A DNA stretch of 64,000 nt. Source: Gammaproteobacteria bacterium. GTDB lineage: Bacteria; Pseudomonadota; Gammaproteobacteria; SZUA-229. The translations under genes were made by a program, and so were the position numbers. The stretch spans positions 990-64,989 of the forward strand of contig JAOULC010000016.1 of NCBI GenBank assembly GCA_029882215.1, given 5' to 3'. The notes under the pieces were generated by a model. That model ran no database searches. It worked only from the letters and a program-made list of their open reading frames with translations, and was not told where the DNA came from. This document shows positions 23,807 to 33,499 of this stretch, piece by piece. Position 1 is the first letter of the stretch; each line of letters starts with the position of its first letter.

Positions 23807-24631
23807 ATGTCCTCCATGAACCCTGATATCACCCATTTCAAATTACCCAGCCCTTCTGCAGAAGGTATTCAAATCATGGAAATGTTATCTGAGGTGACAG
23901 TTGATCTTCCAATATTAAGCGATGTCATCTGCCGCGACCCCGTTCTGGCTGCCACGGTCATGAGGTATGCCAATGCACCTTTGTATCGTCGCGTCGTTAA
24001 AGTCAACTCCGTGCACAAAGCGGTCAATATGCTGGGTCTGAAAAATGTCGCAACCACCATCATTATCGCCACAATGCGTAACTTCAACACCTCATCAACC
24101 AAAGCCAGTGAATCAATCTGGGAGCACTGCCTGGGAGTTGCTGCTTTATCCCGCTTAATTGCTCGCAAGATTGATCGTTCCTTGCAAGAGCGGGCCGATT
24201 TTCTGGCGACCATCCATGACATGGGTGCCATGGTACTGGCTAGCAACCTGACAGAATACGATCAGGTGTACCAAGCAGCACTGGACCAGCAAATTAATCT
24301 AAATCAGGCAGAGTACGAGGCTTTTGGTTACAGTCATGATGAGGTTTCTGCCGCCTCATTGGCGAAGTTAAAGCTGCCTGAAGAAATGACGGCATTGATC
24401 GATAATTTCCATCAGAGGCCGGCACTGACTAAAATCAACAATGATGATGACAAATTGCTGGCCATTTTATCATTAGCCCATCAGCTGGAAGCGCAAATTC
24501 ATGGTGAAACACGGGTAAAAGAATCAATGTCTGAAAGCACTGAAACGCTGATATCATTATTAAAACTCAGTCAGGATGACATTGAAGACATTAGTGAAGA
24601 GTTTGAAGACACATTAAACAACGGCTTTTAG
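23807..24631 (+). CDS. Stand-alone HDOD domain protein
   Basis: DPVLAATVMRYANAP, AVNMLG, WEHC, HDMG, E-x-FGYSH. Confidence 0.88.
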   Translation: MSSMNPDITHFKLPSPSAEGIQIMEMLSEVTVDLPILSDVICRDPVLAATVMRYANAPLYRRVVKVNSVHKAVNMLGLKNVATTIIIATMRNFNTSSTKASESIWEHCLGVAALSRLIARKIDRSLQERADFLATIHDMGAMVLASNLTEYDQVYQAALDQQINLNQAEYEAFGYSHDEVSAASLAKLKLPEEMTALIDNFHQRPALTKINNDDDKLLAILSLAHQLEAQIHGETRVKESMSESTETLISLLKLSQDDIEDISEEFEDTLNNGF

Positions 24632-24638
24632 ACAACTC

Positions 24639-25829
24639 ATGCCCCCTGTAATCACCAGGCAGCTTGATGTGCTGCCGCCACTGAGCTTATATATACACAT
24701 TCCCTGGTGCATAAAAAAATGCCCTTATTGTGATTTTAATTCACATGCCGCTGGCGACAGCATTCCCGAAGAGCAATACATTGATGCGCTGATACGGGAT
24801 ATTAATGCCGAGCTCCCGCATATCTGGGGCCGACGAATCAGCAGTATTTTTTTTGGTGGAGGCACCCCCAGTTTATTTTCTGCCAGCGCACTCGACAGGC
24901 TACTGAGCCATATCCGCGCCGTACTGCCTTGCCTGCCCGCTATGGAAATTACACTTGAGGCCAACCCCGGCACCTTTGAACAACAAAAATTTTCCGACTA
25001 CCGGCAAATAGGTATTAACCGGCTATCCGTTGGCATTCAAAGCTTTAATGACCAGCACCTAAAATCACTGGGGCGCGTTCATAGTGGCGCCGAAGCCAGG
25101 CGTGCAGTTGATATGCTACAGCAAGCCGGCTTTGATAATTTCAATCTTGATCTTATGTACGCCTTACCCGCACAAACAACTCAGGCCGTCATCAGCGATC
25201 TGGAAATGGCGTTAGCACTGAAGCCCACACACCTCTCGCATTATCAGCTCACCATCGAACCCAACACCTTTTTCCACACACATGTGCCCGACAAACTACC
25301 GGAAAATGATTTGATCTGGGAAATGCAGCATGAAAGCCAGCAACGATTAGAGGATGCCGGCTTTCTGCAATACGAAGTATCGGCCTACGCTAAACCCGGC
25401 CAACAAAGTCAGCATAATATGAACTACTGGCATTTTGGTGATTATCTGGGTATCGGTGCCGGTGCACATGGCAAGATCAGCCGGGCTGATAACAACCAGA
25501 TATACCGGGTCAGCAAACTCAGACAACCCAAAGCCTATATGCAACACGCAGGCACAGCCACTGCCATCAGTGAACAACATGAACTGACATCTGAGCAGAT
25601 CGATTTTGAATTTATGCTCAATGCTCTGCGCTTAAAAGCCGGTTTTGCAAGCTCTTTATATCAACAGCACACCGGACAGTCACTTTCTACAATCGATGAG
25701 AAGCTGAATTTGGCCGTATCCAAAGGCCTTCTAGACGTCACCGGGCAACACATCAAACCGTCCGAGCAGGGCTTTTTATTTTTAAATGATTTGCTGCTGA
25801 TTTTTCTAACTGATGACACCGGAGAATAG
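24639..25829 (+). CDS. hemW: Radical SAM heme chaperone
   Basis: LSLYIHIPWCIKKCPYCDFNSH, FFGGGTPS, HNMNYW, YLGIGAGAHG. Confidence 0.93.
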   Translation: MPPVITRQLDVLPPLSLYIHIPWCIKKCPYCDFNSHAAGDSIPEEQYIDALIRDINAELPHIWGRRISSIFFGGGTPSLFSASALDRLLSHIRAVLPCLPAMEITLEANPGTFEQQKFSDYRQIGINRLSVGIQSFNDQHLKSLGRVHSGAEARRAVDMLQQAGFDNFNLDLMYALPAQTTQAVISDLEMALALKPTHLSHYQLTIEPNTFFHTHVPDKLPENDLIWEMQHESQQRLEDAGFLQYEVSAYAKPGQQSQHNMNYWHFGDYLGIGAGAHGKISRADNNQIYRVSKLRQPKAYMQHAGTATAISEQHELTSEQIDFEFMLNALRLKAGFASSLYQQHTGQSLSTIDEKLNLAVSKGLLDVTGQHIKPSEQGFLFLNDLLLIFLTDDTGE

Positions 25830-25847
25830 CATCGTCATTTGGCACCA

Positions 25848-26393
25848 TCACTTGGGCTGAGAGTTAAGCTGCTGCTGTTGCCGGTTATCCAGCATCTGCT
25901 GAATGTTTTTAGAGCTATTAAATAACTCCTTAATACTGTCGGGTGCATAAGGGTTATCCAGCGACTCCTGCGAAATACCCACCCCATCGTTATCACGCTG
26001 ATCATTGCCAGACGACTCAACAGGCTTGCCCCCCCGTATACTGACAACACCAGAATGGCCTTCCTGAGTTTTTTCTGCCGCAGAAACCGGAATCGACTTC
26101 ATAATATTGACATCTGGCTGTAAGGTCATGCTCTCAACACCCGCCAGACCCGGTGGCGGCGCATTACCAAACTGCCAGACGCCGTTTTTATCTTTCCACT
26201 TGTAAACGGTTATCTTTTCATCCGTGGTAACCGGTGCATAAGTCACCTCTGTATTCAGTTCGGGTGTCGTGGTATTGCCCGGAGATGAAAAAAGCCACTC
26301 TTTTATGTATTGCTCTCCGCCATTAAAATAGATCAGCGGTCCAACTGTCAGCAAGATTAAGATAAACAACATGCCAAAAATCGACATTTTCAT
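25848..26393 (-). CDS. DUF4124 domain membrane-anchored protein
   Basis: N-terminal TM, VYKWKDKNGVWQFGNAPP; AAGGA RBS before ATG 26393. Confidence 0.78.
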   Translation of the reverse strand: MKMSIFGMLFILILLTVGPLIYFNGGEQYIKEWLFSSPGNTTTPELNTEVTYAPVTTDEKITVYKWKDKNGVWQFGNAPPPGLAGVESMTLQPDVNIMKSIPVSAAEKTQEGHSGVVSIRGGKPVESSGNDQRDNDGVGISQESLDNPYAPDSIKELFNSSKNIQQMLDNRQQQQLNSQPK

Positions 26394-26620
26394 TCTACAT
26401 TCCTTATGGTTTTTATCCAGAACATTTATATAGAATGATATAACACATCCCGCATAAATCATCATAAATCTGTAAAAGACGATTAAGTGTGAACATCAAA
26501 CCACTTATTTCCACATATCAGACAGAAAAGCACTTTATTTTTCAATACGGGCTTGCTCTAAAGGACATAACTCATTAAAATACCGCGTTTTCCATAAGCA
26601 ATAGGCTCTGAGGATTCATC

Positions 26621-26827
26621 ATGCGCTCAGAAATACATCCAGAATATAATGAGATCAATGTAACGTGTAGTTGTGGCAGCACATTCGTTACAGGTTCAAC
26701 TTACGGCAAAGAAGCGTTACACATTGATGTTTGCTCACAGTGTCACCCTTTTTATACCGGTAAACAAAAAGTCGTTGATACTGCTGGCCAGGTTGATAAA
26801 TTCAACCGTCGCTTCGGTAAAAAATAG
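26621..26827 (+). CDS. rpmE: 50S ribosomal protein L31 (Zn-binding type)
   Basis: [24 protein letters not shown]; GAGG RBS. Confidence 0.97.
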   Translation: MRSEIHPEYNEINVTCSCGSTFVTGSTYGKEALHIDVCSQCHPFYTGKQKVVDTAGQVDKFNRRFGKK

Positions 26828-26855
26828 ATTTATTAATCTTTTTGAAGATTCACTT

Positions 26856-27680
26856 GTGAACTTTCAAAGATTAAAAATAAAAAAGGCGCTTACTACAAGC
26901 GCCTTTTTTATTGGCTGGCTGCTTTGCGCACCACTGCAAGCCAACAGCTTCATACAGCCAAAACCAGACTGCAAAGAGTTTATCGCCACTGAAACTGCGA
27001 CTGTGCGTTATGTCCATGATGGTGACACCCTTTTTCTCAGTGACAAGCGAAAACTTCGACTGATCGGCATCGATACACCCGAGCTGGCACGCGATCATAA
27101 AAATACTGTGTCAGCGGAGCAACCATTTGCCCGCGAAGCACGCGACTTTGTGCGCCGTTTAATTTCGCAATACGGCCATCAAATCTCTTTAATGCCGGGG
27201 GTTGAGAAAACCGACCGCTATCAGCGATGGTTATTTCATATCCGTCTGTCTGATGGCAGCTTATTACAGTCTCGTCTGCTACAGGCCGGCCTGGCTGTGG
27301 CTTATACAACTCCTCCGAACCAACTGCTCAGCAACTGCTATCAGCAAGCCGAACACGTCGCCCAACAACAAAACAAAAACATCTGGTCGGCCCCGAAATA
27401 TCAAGCCATTGCCGCTGAAAAACTCCAGGCAAAACATCGTGGTTTTCACATTATCAAGGGCAAAGTCAGGCATATTGGCGAAAGCAAAAAAGCCATATGG
27501 CTCAACTTTTATGGTAATTTTTCAGCCCGTATTGATAAGCGCGATCAGCGGTATTTTCACGACTCTCTCAATGACCTGCTGGAAAAAGAAATTACCGTAC
27601 GTGGCTGGCTTCATCACGACAACAATAAAATCCGCATGACTTTACGCCACCCATCAGCGATCCGCCACACAGAAGACTAA
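26856..27680 (+). CDS. Exported thermonuclease (SNase) family protein with C-terminal extra domain
   Basis: VHDGDTL, RLIGIDTPE, DRYQRWL, LLQAGLA; signal peptide from probable GTG at 26856. Confidence 0.85.
   Translation: MNFQRLKIKKALTTSAFFIGWLLCAPLQANSFIQPKPDCKEFIATETATVRYVHDGDTLFLSDKRKLRLIGIDTPELARDHKNTVSAEQPFAREARDFVRRLISQYGHQISLMPGVEKTDRYQRWLFHIRLSDGSLLQSRLLQAGLAVAYTTPPNQLLSNCYQQAEHVAQQQNKNIWSAPKYQAIAAEKLQAKHRGFHIIKGKVRHIGESKKAIWLNFYGNFSARIDKRDQRYFHDSLNDLLEKEITVRGWLHHDNNKIRMTLRHPSAIRHTED
26879..26909 (+). terminator. rpmE intrinsic terminator, lying inside the nuclease signal-peptide codons
   Basis: AAAAAAGGCGCTT-ACTAC-AAGCGCCTTTTTT. Confidence 0.75.
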
Positions 27681-27762
27681 CAAATTCAGGACAAGTTTTT
27701 TCACTGGTGCTACACTCAGTGGCTTGTTTATGACTTAAATTAAATAACGGAAAACCATTCGC

Positions 27763-28998
27763 ATGTCTTCTGAATTAAAGCGCGCCGCACTCGATTATCA
27801 TAAAAATCCTCGACCAGGAAAGATTAGCGTCGAAACCACCAAACCTTGTGAAACTCAAATGGATTTATCACTCGCGTACACACCCGGCGTCGCTGAGCCG
27901 GTACGGGCCATTGCCAAGCATGCTGAAGATGCGTATTTATACACAGCGAAAGGCAACCTTGTTGGTGTCATTACAGACGGCAGCGCTGTTCTTGGTTTAG
28001 GCAATGTCGGTGCTCTGGCTGGCAAACCGGTAATGGAAGGCAAGGCCGTACTGTTTAAACACTTTGCCAACATCGATGTATTTGATATCGAAGTGGATGC
28101 CGATGACCCGCAGGACTTCATTGATACCGTTGCCCGCATTGCTCCTACTTTTGGCGGTATTAACCTGGAAGACATCACTGCCCCAAAATGCTTTGAAATC
28201 GAAGAAAAGCTACAGGAAATGCTCGATATTCCGGTCTTCCATGATGACCAGCACGGCACGGCTGTTATTATTGCTGCCGGGCTTGAAAATGCATTAAAGC
28301 TACAAGATAAGAAAATCGATCAGATTCGCGTGGTTTGTCTTGGAGCCGGTGCAGCTGGTATCGCATCGATGAAATTACTGCATGCTATGGGTGCCCCCAA
28401 AGAAAATCTGATGATGGTCGACCGTAACGGCATTATTCATACTGGCCGTGACGATCTGAATAAATACAAACAACAGTTTGCCGTTGAAACCAATTTAAGA
28501 ACACTTGCGGATGCAATGAATGGCGCTGATGTTTTCATTGGCGTTTCGGGCCCTGATTTACTGTCAAAAGATATGCTGGCCTCTATGGCTGATAAACCGG
28601 TTATTTTTGCCCTGTCAAACCCGGACCCGGAAATCCTGCCCGAGCTGGCACACTTAACGCGCAGCGACCTGATTATGGCAACCGGCCGTAGTGACTACCC
28701 GAATCAGATCAACAACGTTCTCGGTTTCCCGTATATTTTCCGTGGTGCACTGGATGTTCGTGCCACCAAAATAACACAGGAAATGCTGGTCGCCTGTGTC
28801 CATGCCATCAGCGCACTTTCGCACGAGCCCGTACCTAAAAAAGTTCTCGAAGCTTATGGTCTTGAGCATCTGGAGTTCGGCCCTGAATATATTATTCCAA
28901 AACCACTGGACCCCCGTTTACTGGAGCGCGTGCCGGCTGCCGTTGCACAGGCCGCCATTGATTCAGGTGTCGCAAGGCTAGATCTGGTTAATAAATAA
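27763..28998 (+). CDS. maeB: NAD(P)-dependent malic enzyme (MaeB-type, no PTA domain)
   Basis: LSLAYTPGVA, KPVMEGKA, GGINLED, FHDDQHGTA, GAGAAG, ATGRSDYPNQ; only 411 aa. Confidence 0.9.
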   Translation: MSSELKRAALDYHKNPRPGKISVETTKPCETQMDLSLAYTPGVAEPVRAIAKHAEDAYLYTAKGNLVGVITDGSAVLGLGNVGALAGKPVMEGKAVLFKHFANIDVFDIEVDADDPQDFIDTVARIAPTFGGINLEDITAPKCFEIEEKLQEMLDIPVFHDDQHGTAVIIAAGLENALKLQDKKIDQIRVVCLGAGAAGIASMKLLHAMGAPKENLMMVDRNGIIHTGRDDLNKYKQQFAVETNLRTLADAMNGADVFIGVSGPDLLSKDMLASMADKPVIFALSNPDPEILPELAHLTRSDLIMATGRSDYPNQINNVLGFPYIFRGALDVRATKITQEMLVACVHAISALSHEPVPKKVLEAYGLEHLEFGPEYIIPKPLDPRLLERVPAAVAQAAIDSGVARLDLVNK

Positions 28999-29068
28999 AC
29001 TGTCGGTATAACCCTTGTTTCAAATTCGCTGCTACACTTAAAACGAGTATTGAAACAGGGAGAGCCGT

Positions 29069-29998
29069 ATGAATAAAATTACAATCGTCGGTGCTGGCCG
29101 GGTCGGTGAATCCACCGCCCAGTTTCTCGCCAGTCGTGATATGTGTCACGAACTACTGCTCCTAGACGTCAGAGAAGGGGCTGCCGAAGGTGCCGCTCTG
29201 GATATCCAGGAGGATGCACCACTCTTTCAGTTTGATACCAAAGTCAGCGGTAGCAACAAACCGCAGGACATGACGGACTCAGAACTTATCATCATCACCG
29301 CGGGCATACCTCGTAAACCTGGCATGTCGCGCTCTGATGTGCTGACAACCAATGTAAAAATCACCGATGAAATCGTCAAGAATGCGATGCAATACGCTGC
29401 TGATGCGATGTTATTGTTTGTGTCTAATCCAGTTGATATTCTGACTTACCGTGGCTGGAAAGTTTGTGGCTGGCCACGCAACCGGGTATTCGGTCAGGCC
29501 GGTGTGTTAGACGCAACCCGCATGGCAAGTTTTATTGCCATGGAAACCGGCTTTTCCGCACTTGATATTGATGCCATGGTACTCGGTGGTCATGGTGACT
29601 CTATGGTACCCATGATCAGATACACCACCATCTCAGGCATTCCTGTTGCTAATTTCCTGCCACAAAAAACCATTACTGACATTATCAGCAGAACTCGTAA
29701 CGGTGGTGCTGAAATTCTGGCACTGCGACAAAACAGCAGTGCTTATGATGCTCCGGCCGCTGCAATTGCGACCATGGTTGATGCCATTGTGCATGACCGC
29801 AAGCGTATTTTGCCATCGGTGGCCATCCTTGATAATGAATACGGTCATCATGATATTGCCATCGGTGTCCCGACTGTACTAGGTAAGAACGGAATAGAAA
29901 AGGTGATTGAACTGAGCTTTAGCAAAGAGGAACAGGTCGCCTTTGAGCAGTCTGTTACTATGGTTAAAAAAGATATAGAGACACTAAAAAACCTGTAA
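29069..29998 (+). CDS. mdh: Malate dehydrogenase (LDH-like type)
   Basis: GAGRVG, TAGIPRKPGMSR substrate loop, SNPVD, GVLD, LGGHGD. Confidence 0.92.
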   Translation: MNKITIVGAGRVGESTAQFLASRDMCHELLLLDVREGAAEGAALDIQEDAPLFQFDTKVSGSNKPQDMTDSELIIITAGIPRKPGMSRSDVLTTNVKITDEIVKNAMQYAADAMLLFVSNPVDILTYRGWKVCGWPRNRVFGQAGVLDATRMASFIAMETGFSALDIDAMVLGGHGDSMVPMIRYTTISGIPVANFLPQKTITDIISRTRNGGAEILALRQNSSAYDAPAAAIATMVDAIVHDRKRILPSVAILDNEYGHHDIAIGVPTVLGKNGIEKVIELSFSKEEQVAFEQSVTMVKKDIETLKNL

Positions 29999-30010
29999 GA
30001 CATGAGCCGA

Positions 30011-30030
30011 ATTAAGCACCGGTGCTTAAT
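30011..30030. terminator. Perfect 20-bp palindrome between convergent mdh and PilZ genes
   Basis: ATTAAGCACCGGTGCTTAAT; no clear U-tract, so the function is uncertain. Confidence 0.45.
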
Positions 30031-30054
30031 CCAGACATCACTTAAGCGACACAC

Positions 30055-30459
30055 TTAGATTGCATTACCCCAGGCATCATTCGTTTTACGCTGCATTTTG
30101 GTGGTCGGTTTTTTGTCAAATAAGCGCTGCCAATGACCAATATCACTCCCCAGCCCCTCACGTAATTCAACCCCCATTATAGGACCCAGACGATCATCCA
30201 CTCTTGACCAGCGCACCTCACTGCTAAGGTAAAATTTCCCCTTCAGGCCTGCAATCTCAACCCACAGGTCAACTACTGCTCCAATAGGTAAGCTATCGCT
30301 ACCTAATATTCGCAAACCGCGCTTTGAAATATCGAGTGTTTTAGCTGGCCAGCTCTTCTTTGCAGTATCGTCAGGTTGAATGGAGGCCATCACCTGAGCC
30401 ATTACACGGTCTTGTCTCGCATAACGACTGGCTTTTCGTTTATTGTGAGCATTTAACAT
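30055..30459 (-). CDS. PilZ domain protein
   Basis: RxxxR (RKASR) and DISKRG motifs; EVRW strand. Confidence 0.85.
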   Translation of the reverse strand: MLNAHNKRKASRYARQDRVMAQVMASIQPDDTAKKSWPAKTLDISKRGLRILGSDSLPIGAVVDLWVEIAGLKGKFYLSSEVRWSRVDDRLGPIMGVELREGLGSDIGHWQRLFDKKPTTKMQRKTNDAWGNAI

Positions 30460-30628
30460 ATAATCTCCTTATTATTCAGTCTCTTGTTAAAAAGGCAACG
30501 TCCATATTTAATAGCTTACCGGCTACCAATCGATCAAAAATCATACAACACAGCATCTAGTTTAACCAAACTCACAGAAAAATACATAAGCAACTGACAG
30601 ATGGCAGCTCAGCACCTGTCGCTGCCTA

Positions 30629-31015
30629 TCAGCTGTGTTTTTCAGGAAACCCCAGACCAAACCAGATCTCGAGATCCTTTTTATCGCTCGAAGAAACATC
30701 CAGTCCGGCCCGGTAGGCTGTTTCATCTTTGGTGCGCTTTATCCAGCAAATTGTAGCCACTAAATGATAGGTTTTTTTCTTACTTTTTGGCACTGAAACC
30801 CAGACATCCAACACAGCTCCAACCGGAGCATGTTCCTTCAATATCACCTGAATACCATCGGCTGATATATTAATAGACTCGCATGAAATATTTTTCCCGG
30901 TTAATTCGGGGTAGCTTTCGCAGCTAACGACCTCCGCCTGAAGATTCCCCTGCGAAGAGAAGCGCTTATTTTTTCTTTGCTCGCCCATTTTATGCGACAT
31001 TAATAACAACCCCAT
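30629..31015 (-). CDS. PilZ domain protein
   Basis: QRKNKR and NISADG motifs; ICW...YRAGL. Confidence 0.83.
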   Translation of the reverse strand: MGLLLMSHKMGEQRKNKRFSSQGNLQAEVVSCESYPELTGKNISCESINISADGIQVILKEHAPVGAVLDVWVSVPKSKKKTYHLVATICWIKRTKDETAYRAGLDVSSSDKKDLEIWFGLGFPEKHS

Positions 31016-31021
31016 TTAGCC

Positions 31022-32614
31022 TTACTCTAACCAAACCTGATAATGCTCATCATTCTCTTCATAATCAAATACCTGTTGCGGAGCAAGCCCGGTCTGCCTC
31101 ACTTTGTTAATGATTTCCGGCAGGCAAATATCTGCTGAGCGCTCTAATTTTAACTTAATTTTTTCAGGAATGAACGTCTGCAAGTCCAGCACAGCCTCAG
31201 CAGGTAAATCAACTTCAACCCTGGTCACACCGTTGCGTGTTATTTTAACTTTTAAGGTATTGGCTATAGCTATAACCGGCTGCATTCTAGCCGTTCTCGA
31301 TGGCTCAATATCCGCACACTCGAAGTTTCTGGCTTGATCCATTAATGTTGGCGGAATCACTTCTTCCATTAACAGCCACCAGTTCAGATTAATCTTTAAT
31401 AACTGTAACTGCTGTACCAGTCCCTGAAAAGCACGCATGATAAATATCAGTCTGACCGGACCTGCCGAGCGAAACCACCACCGCTCCTCGGCTAGCAGTG
31501 CAGTGATTTTCTTGCCCACTTCCCATTGCTGCAGGATAAACTTTTTATCCTCTATAAACGGCGCAAACAAATAGCGGCAAAGTCGTGGCAAACAGGCTTC
31601 GATTTTACCAAGTTTATCAGCATCAAAGCCCATCGCTGCAAAATACTTTAACGGTAACTCAGCCGAGTTTTCTCTGCTTAAAATAATCAGTTTTAATAAC
31701 GCCAGGCTCTGTTGCTCTGTCAGCTCAATCGTACAGCCATAATCCATCAGCACCATCTCTACCCCGAGTTCTTCATGGTAACGAAAGTAACTATTTCCCA
31801 TATGAGGATCGGCATGTAAACAACGAATTTTAAATAAGCTGGTTATTAACAGACTTAGCAGAGCTTTTGCTATCTTTTCCCGGTCGCGCTCTATCCAGTT
31901 AGCCGCTGTATCGAGATAGTCTCCCGTTTCCCAGCTTTGTACCAGCAATGTTTTACTGCACAGCTCTGCATAAACCTTCGGGATAATCACACCAGGCAAA
32001 GCCAGATTTTGGTAAAAGAACATTTGCGTATCCGCCTCATGCCGGTAATCCAGCTCATTAGCCATATTATCTTTCAGTGCATGACGATATCCTTCCAGAT
32101 CAAACGCCCATTTTTTTACCGGTCCTGCTTGCGGCATCAGCCCCAGCAAGGTCATTTCTGCATCGATGGCTTTAGCGATCTGCGGGTATTGTACTTTCAG
32201 CGCAACCTCATCGCCATTGACTAACACTGCATGATGCACTTGTCCGAGTGAGGCGGCTGCCCTCGATTCATCTATCGATTTAAACACCTGCTCCCATGAG
32301 CAACCGAGTGCTGCCTCAATTGCCGGTAGTACTTGCTTTAAGGCCAATGGCTTAATCGATTTGATCAGCGGGTTCAGCTCATCATCAGCCTGCGCTGAGG
32401 CTGCCAGTAACTGACCCACTTTCATCATTACTCCGCGGGCATCGGCGAACTCCAGCATCAGCAGACGTCTGGCTCTTTGCTGCCGGTCAGCATCATGACT
32501 TTTGTCTAAAGCACGAAAACCAAAAAACAACTTTAGTAGCTTGCGGCTGCGTTTAATCACATTCCACATATTAGGCAGCCTGAGTCGGCGAGTACGGGTG
32601 CGGCTGACCGGCAT
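31022..32614 (-). CDS. ABC1/AarF/UbiB family atypical protein kinase with C-terminal extension
   Basis: MKVGQ (KxGQ), AAASLGQVH, VALKVQYP, ELDYRHEA, HADPHMGN, MDYG; GGGAG RBS before ATG 32614. Confidence 0.9.
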   Translation of the reverse strand: MPVSRTRTRRLRLPNMWNVIKRSRKLLKLFFGFRALDKSHDADRQQRARRLLMLEFADARGVMMKVGQLLAASAQADDELNPLIKSIKPLALKQVLPAIEAALGCSWEQVFKSIDESRAAASLGQVHHAVLVNGDEVALKVQYPQIAKAIDAEMTLLGLMPQAGPVKKWAFDLEGYRHALKDNMANELDYRHEADTQMFFYQNLALPGVIIPKVYAELCSKTLLVQSWETGDYLDTAANWIERDREKIAKALLSLLITSLFKIRCLHADPHMGNSYFRYHEELGVEMVLMDYGCTIELTEQQSLALLKLIILSRENSAELPLKYFAAMGFDADKLGKIEACLPRLCRYLFAPFIEDKKFILQQWEVGKKITALLAEERWWFRSAGPVRLIFIMRAFQGLVQQLQLLKINLNWWLLMEEVIPPTLMDQARNFECADIEPSRTARMQPVIAIANTLKVKITRNGVTRVEVDLPAEAVLDLQTFIPEKIKLKLERSADICLPEIINKVRQTGLAPQQVFDYEENDEHYQVWLE

Positions 32615-32646
32615 TGCTCTCCCGCCAGCAATAACATCTGATACAT

Positions 32647-32679
32647 AAAAAAGGCAGGACAATATGCCCTGCCTTTTTT
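32647..32679 (-). terminator. Terminator-like hairpin between the orphan gene and the ABC1 kinase
   Basis: AAAAAAGGCAGG-ACAATATGC-CCTGCCTTTTTT. Confidence 0.75.
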
Positions 32680-32696
32680 GCAACACTGTCCGTCAC

Positions 32697-33452
32697 TCAG
32701 GCAGCCCGATCCGCGCTATTTTGTATCCTGCTTTCAGGTAAGTCTTTTTGATAGAAATAACTCATTTCAAGCGGCTGTTTTCTGGCTGCAAAATAGTCAA
32801 TATATTCTGCTGTCCAGTGACTCCAGTGTCGCTCAGCCTGTTCGGCCCACGACCAGGAACAGCGACTAAGCTCTTCAAATAACTGGCAAGCCTGAGTCGA
32901 CAAGTGCTCACTGGCGATATAACTCCAGAGCGGCTCCTTCGCTCCCATATAAGGGTCAATATAGGCGCGTATCCGGCAGAAACCAAGGCTTCGCCCGTCA
33001 CATACCGGCGATTCAAAAATCAAGTCAATCCGGTCTCTAAAACGCTTATCATTCACCCGCCCCAGACTGACTGTCACGCCTTCATAAAGCTGCCCGTCCT
33101 GCCGATAATCGTGCACAAATAAGAAACCCATCAAATGTTTTTCATCAGCCATCAATTCATCCGCGAAACTTTTCGCGGATAATGGCATCGCCACATCACT
33201 TTCAAGTACGCAGGCCAGCTGATTTAACAACGCTTTATCATCACTGATTTTAAGCTTGAAGGCCTGAAACACCGTTAAATCATATTTATTCCATGGACGA
33301 GACCAGCCTAATTTACGGGCCTGACGATAGGACTCCAGTGCATTCATTAAGAAGCGCAAAACCTTACCCGGCTGGTTTTTCTTTGAAACGGTTTTTTTTA
33401 CCCGCTGATATTCTGTTGTACTATCGATCTGATACGATCTTGCTTTCATCAC
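32697..33452 (-). CDS. Hypothetical Trp/Arg-rich protein
   Basis: 251-aa ORF with AGGTG RBS-like element and downstream hairpin; no family recognised. Confidence 0.7.
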   Translation of the reverse strand: MMKARSYQIDSTTEYQRVKKTVSKKNQPGKVLRFLMNALESYRQARKLGWSRPWNKYDLTVFQAFKLKISDDKALLNQLACVLESDVAMPLSAKSFADELMADEKHLMGFLFVHDYRQDGQLYEGVTVSLGRVNDKRFRDRIDLIFESPVCDGRSLGFCRIRAYIDPYMGAKEPLWSYIASEHLSTQACQLFEELSRCSWSWAEQAERHWSHWTAEYIDYFAARKQPLEMSYFYQKDLPESRIQNSADRAA

Positions 33453-33499
33453 TCACCTGACCTCTGGCGTTTTTTTGTAACCGCTTTTATCGACTACTT

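Noticed and set aside
26673-26855. N-terminal extension of the thermonuclease overlapping rpmE
   Set aside because: Out-of-frame overlap with rpmE; the signal peptide begins near GTG 26856
32615-32686. N-terminal extension of the ABC1 kinase in the ORF track
   Set aside because: It runs through a terminator-like hairpin; ATG 32614 has a good RBS
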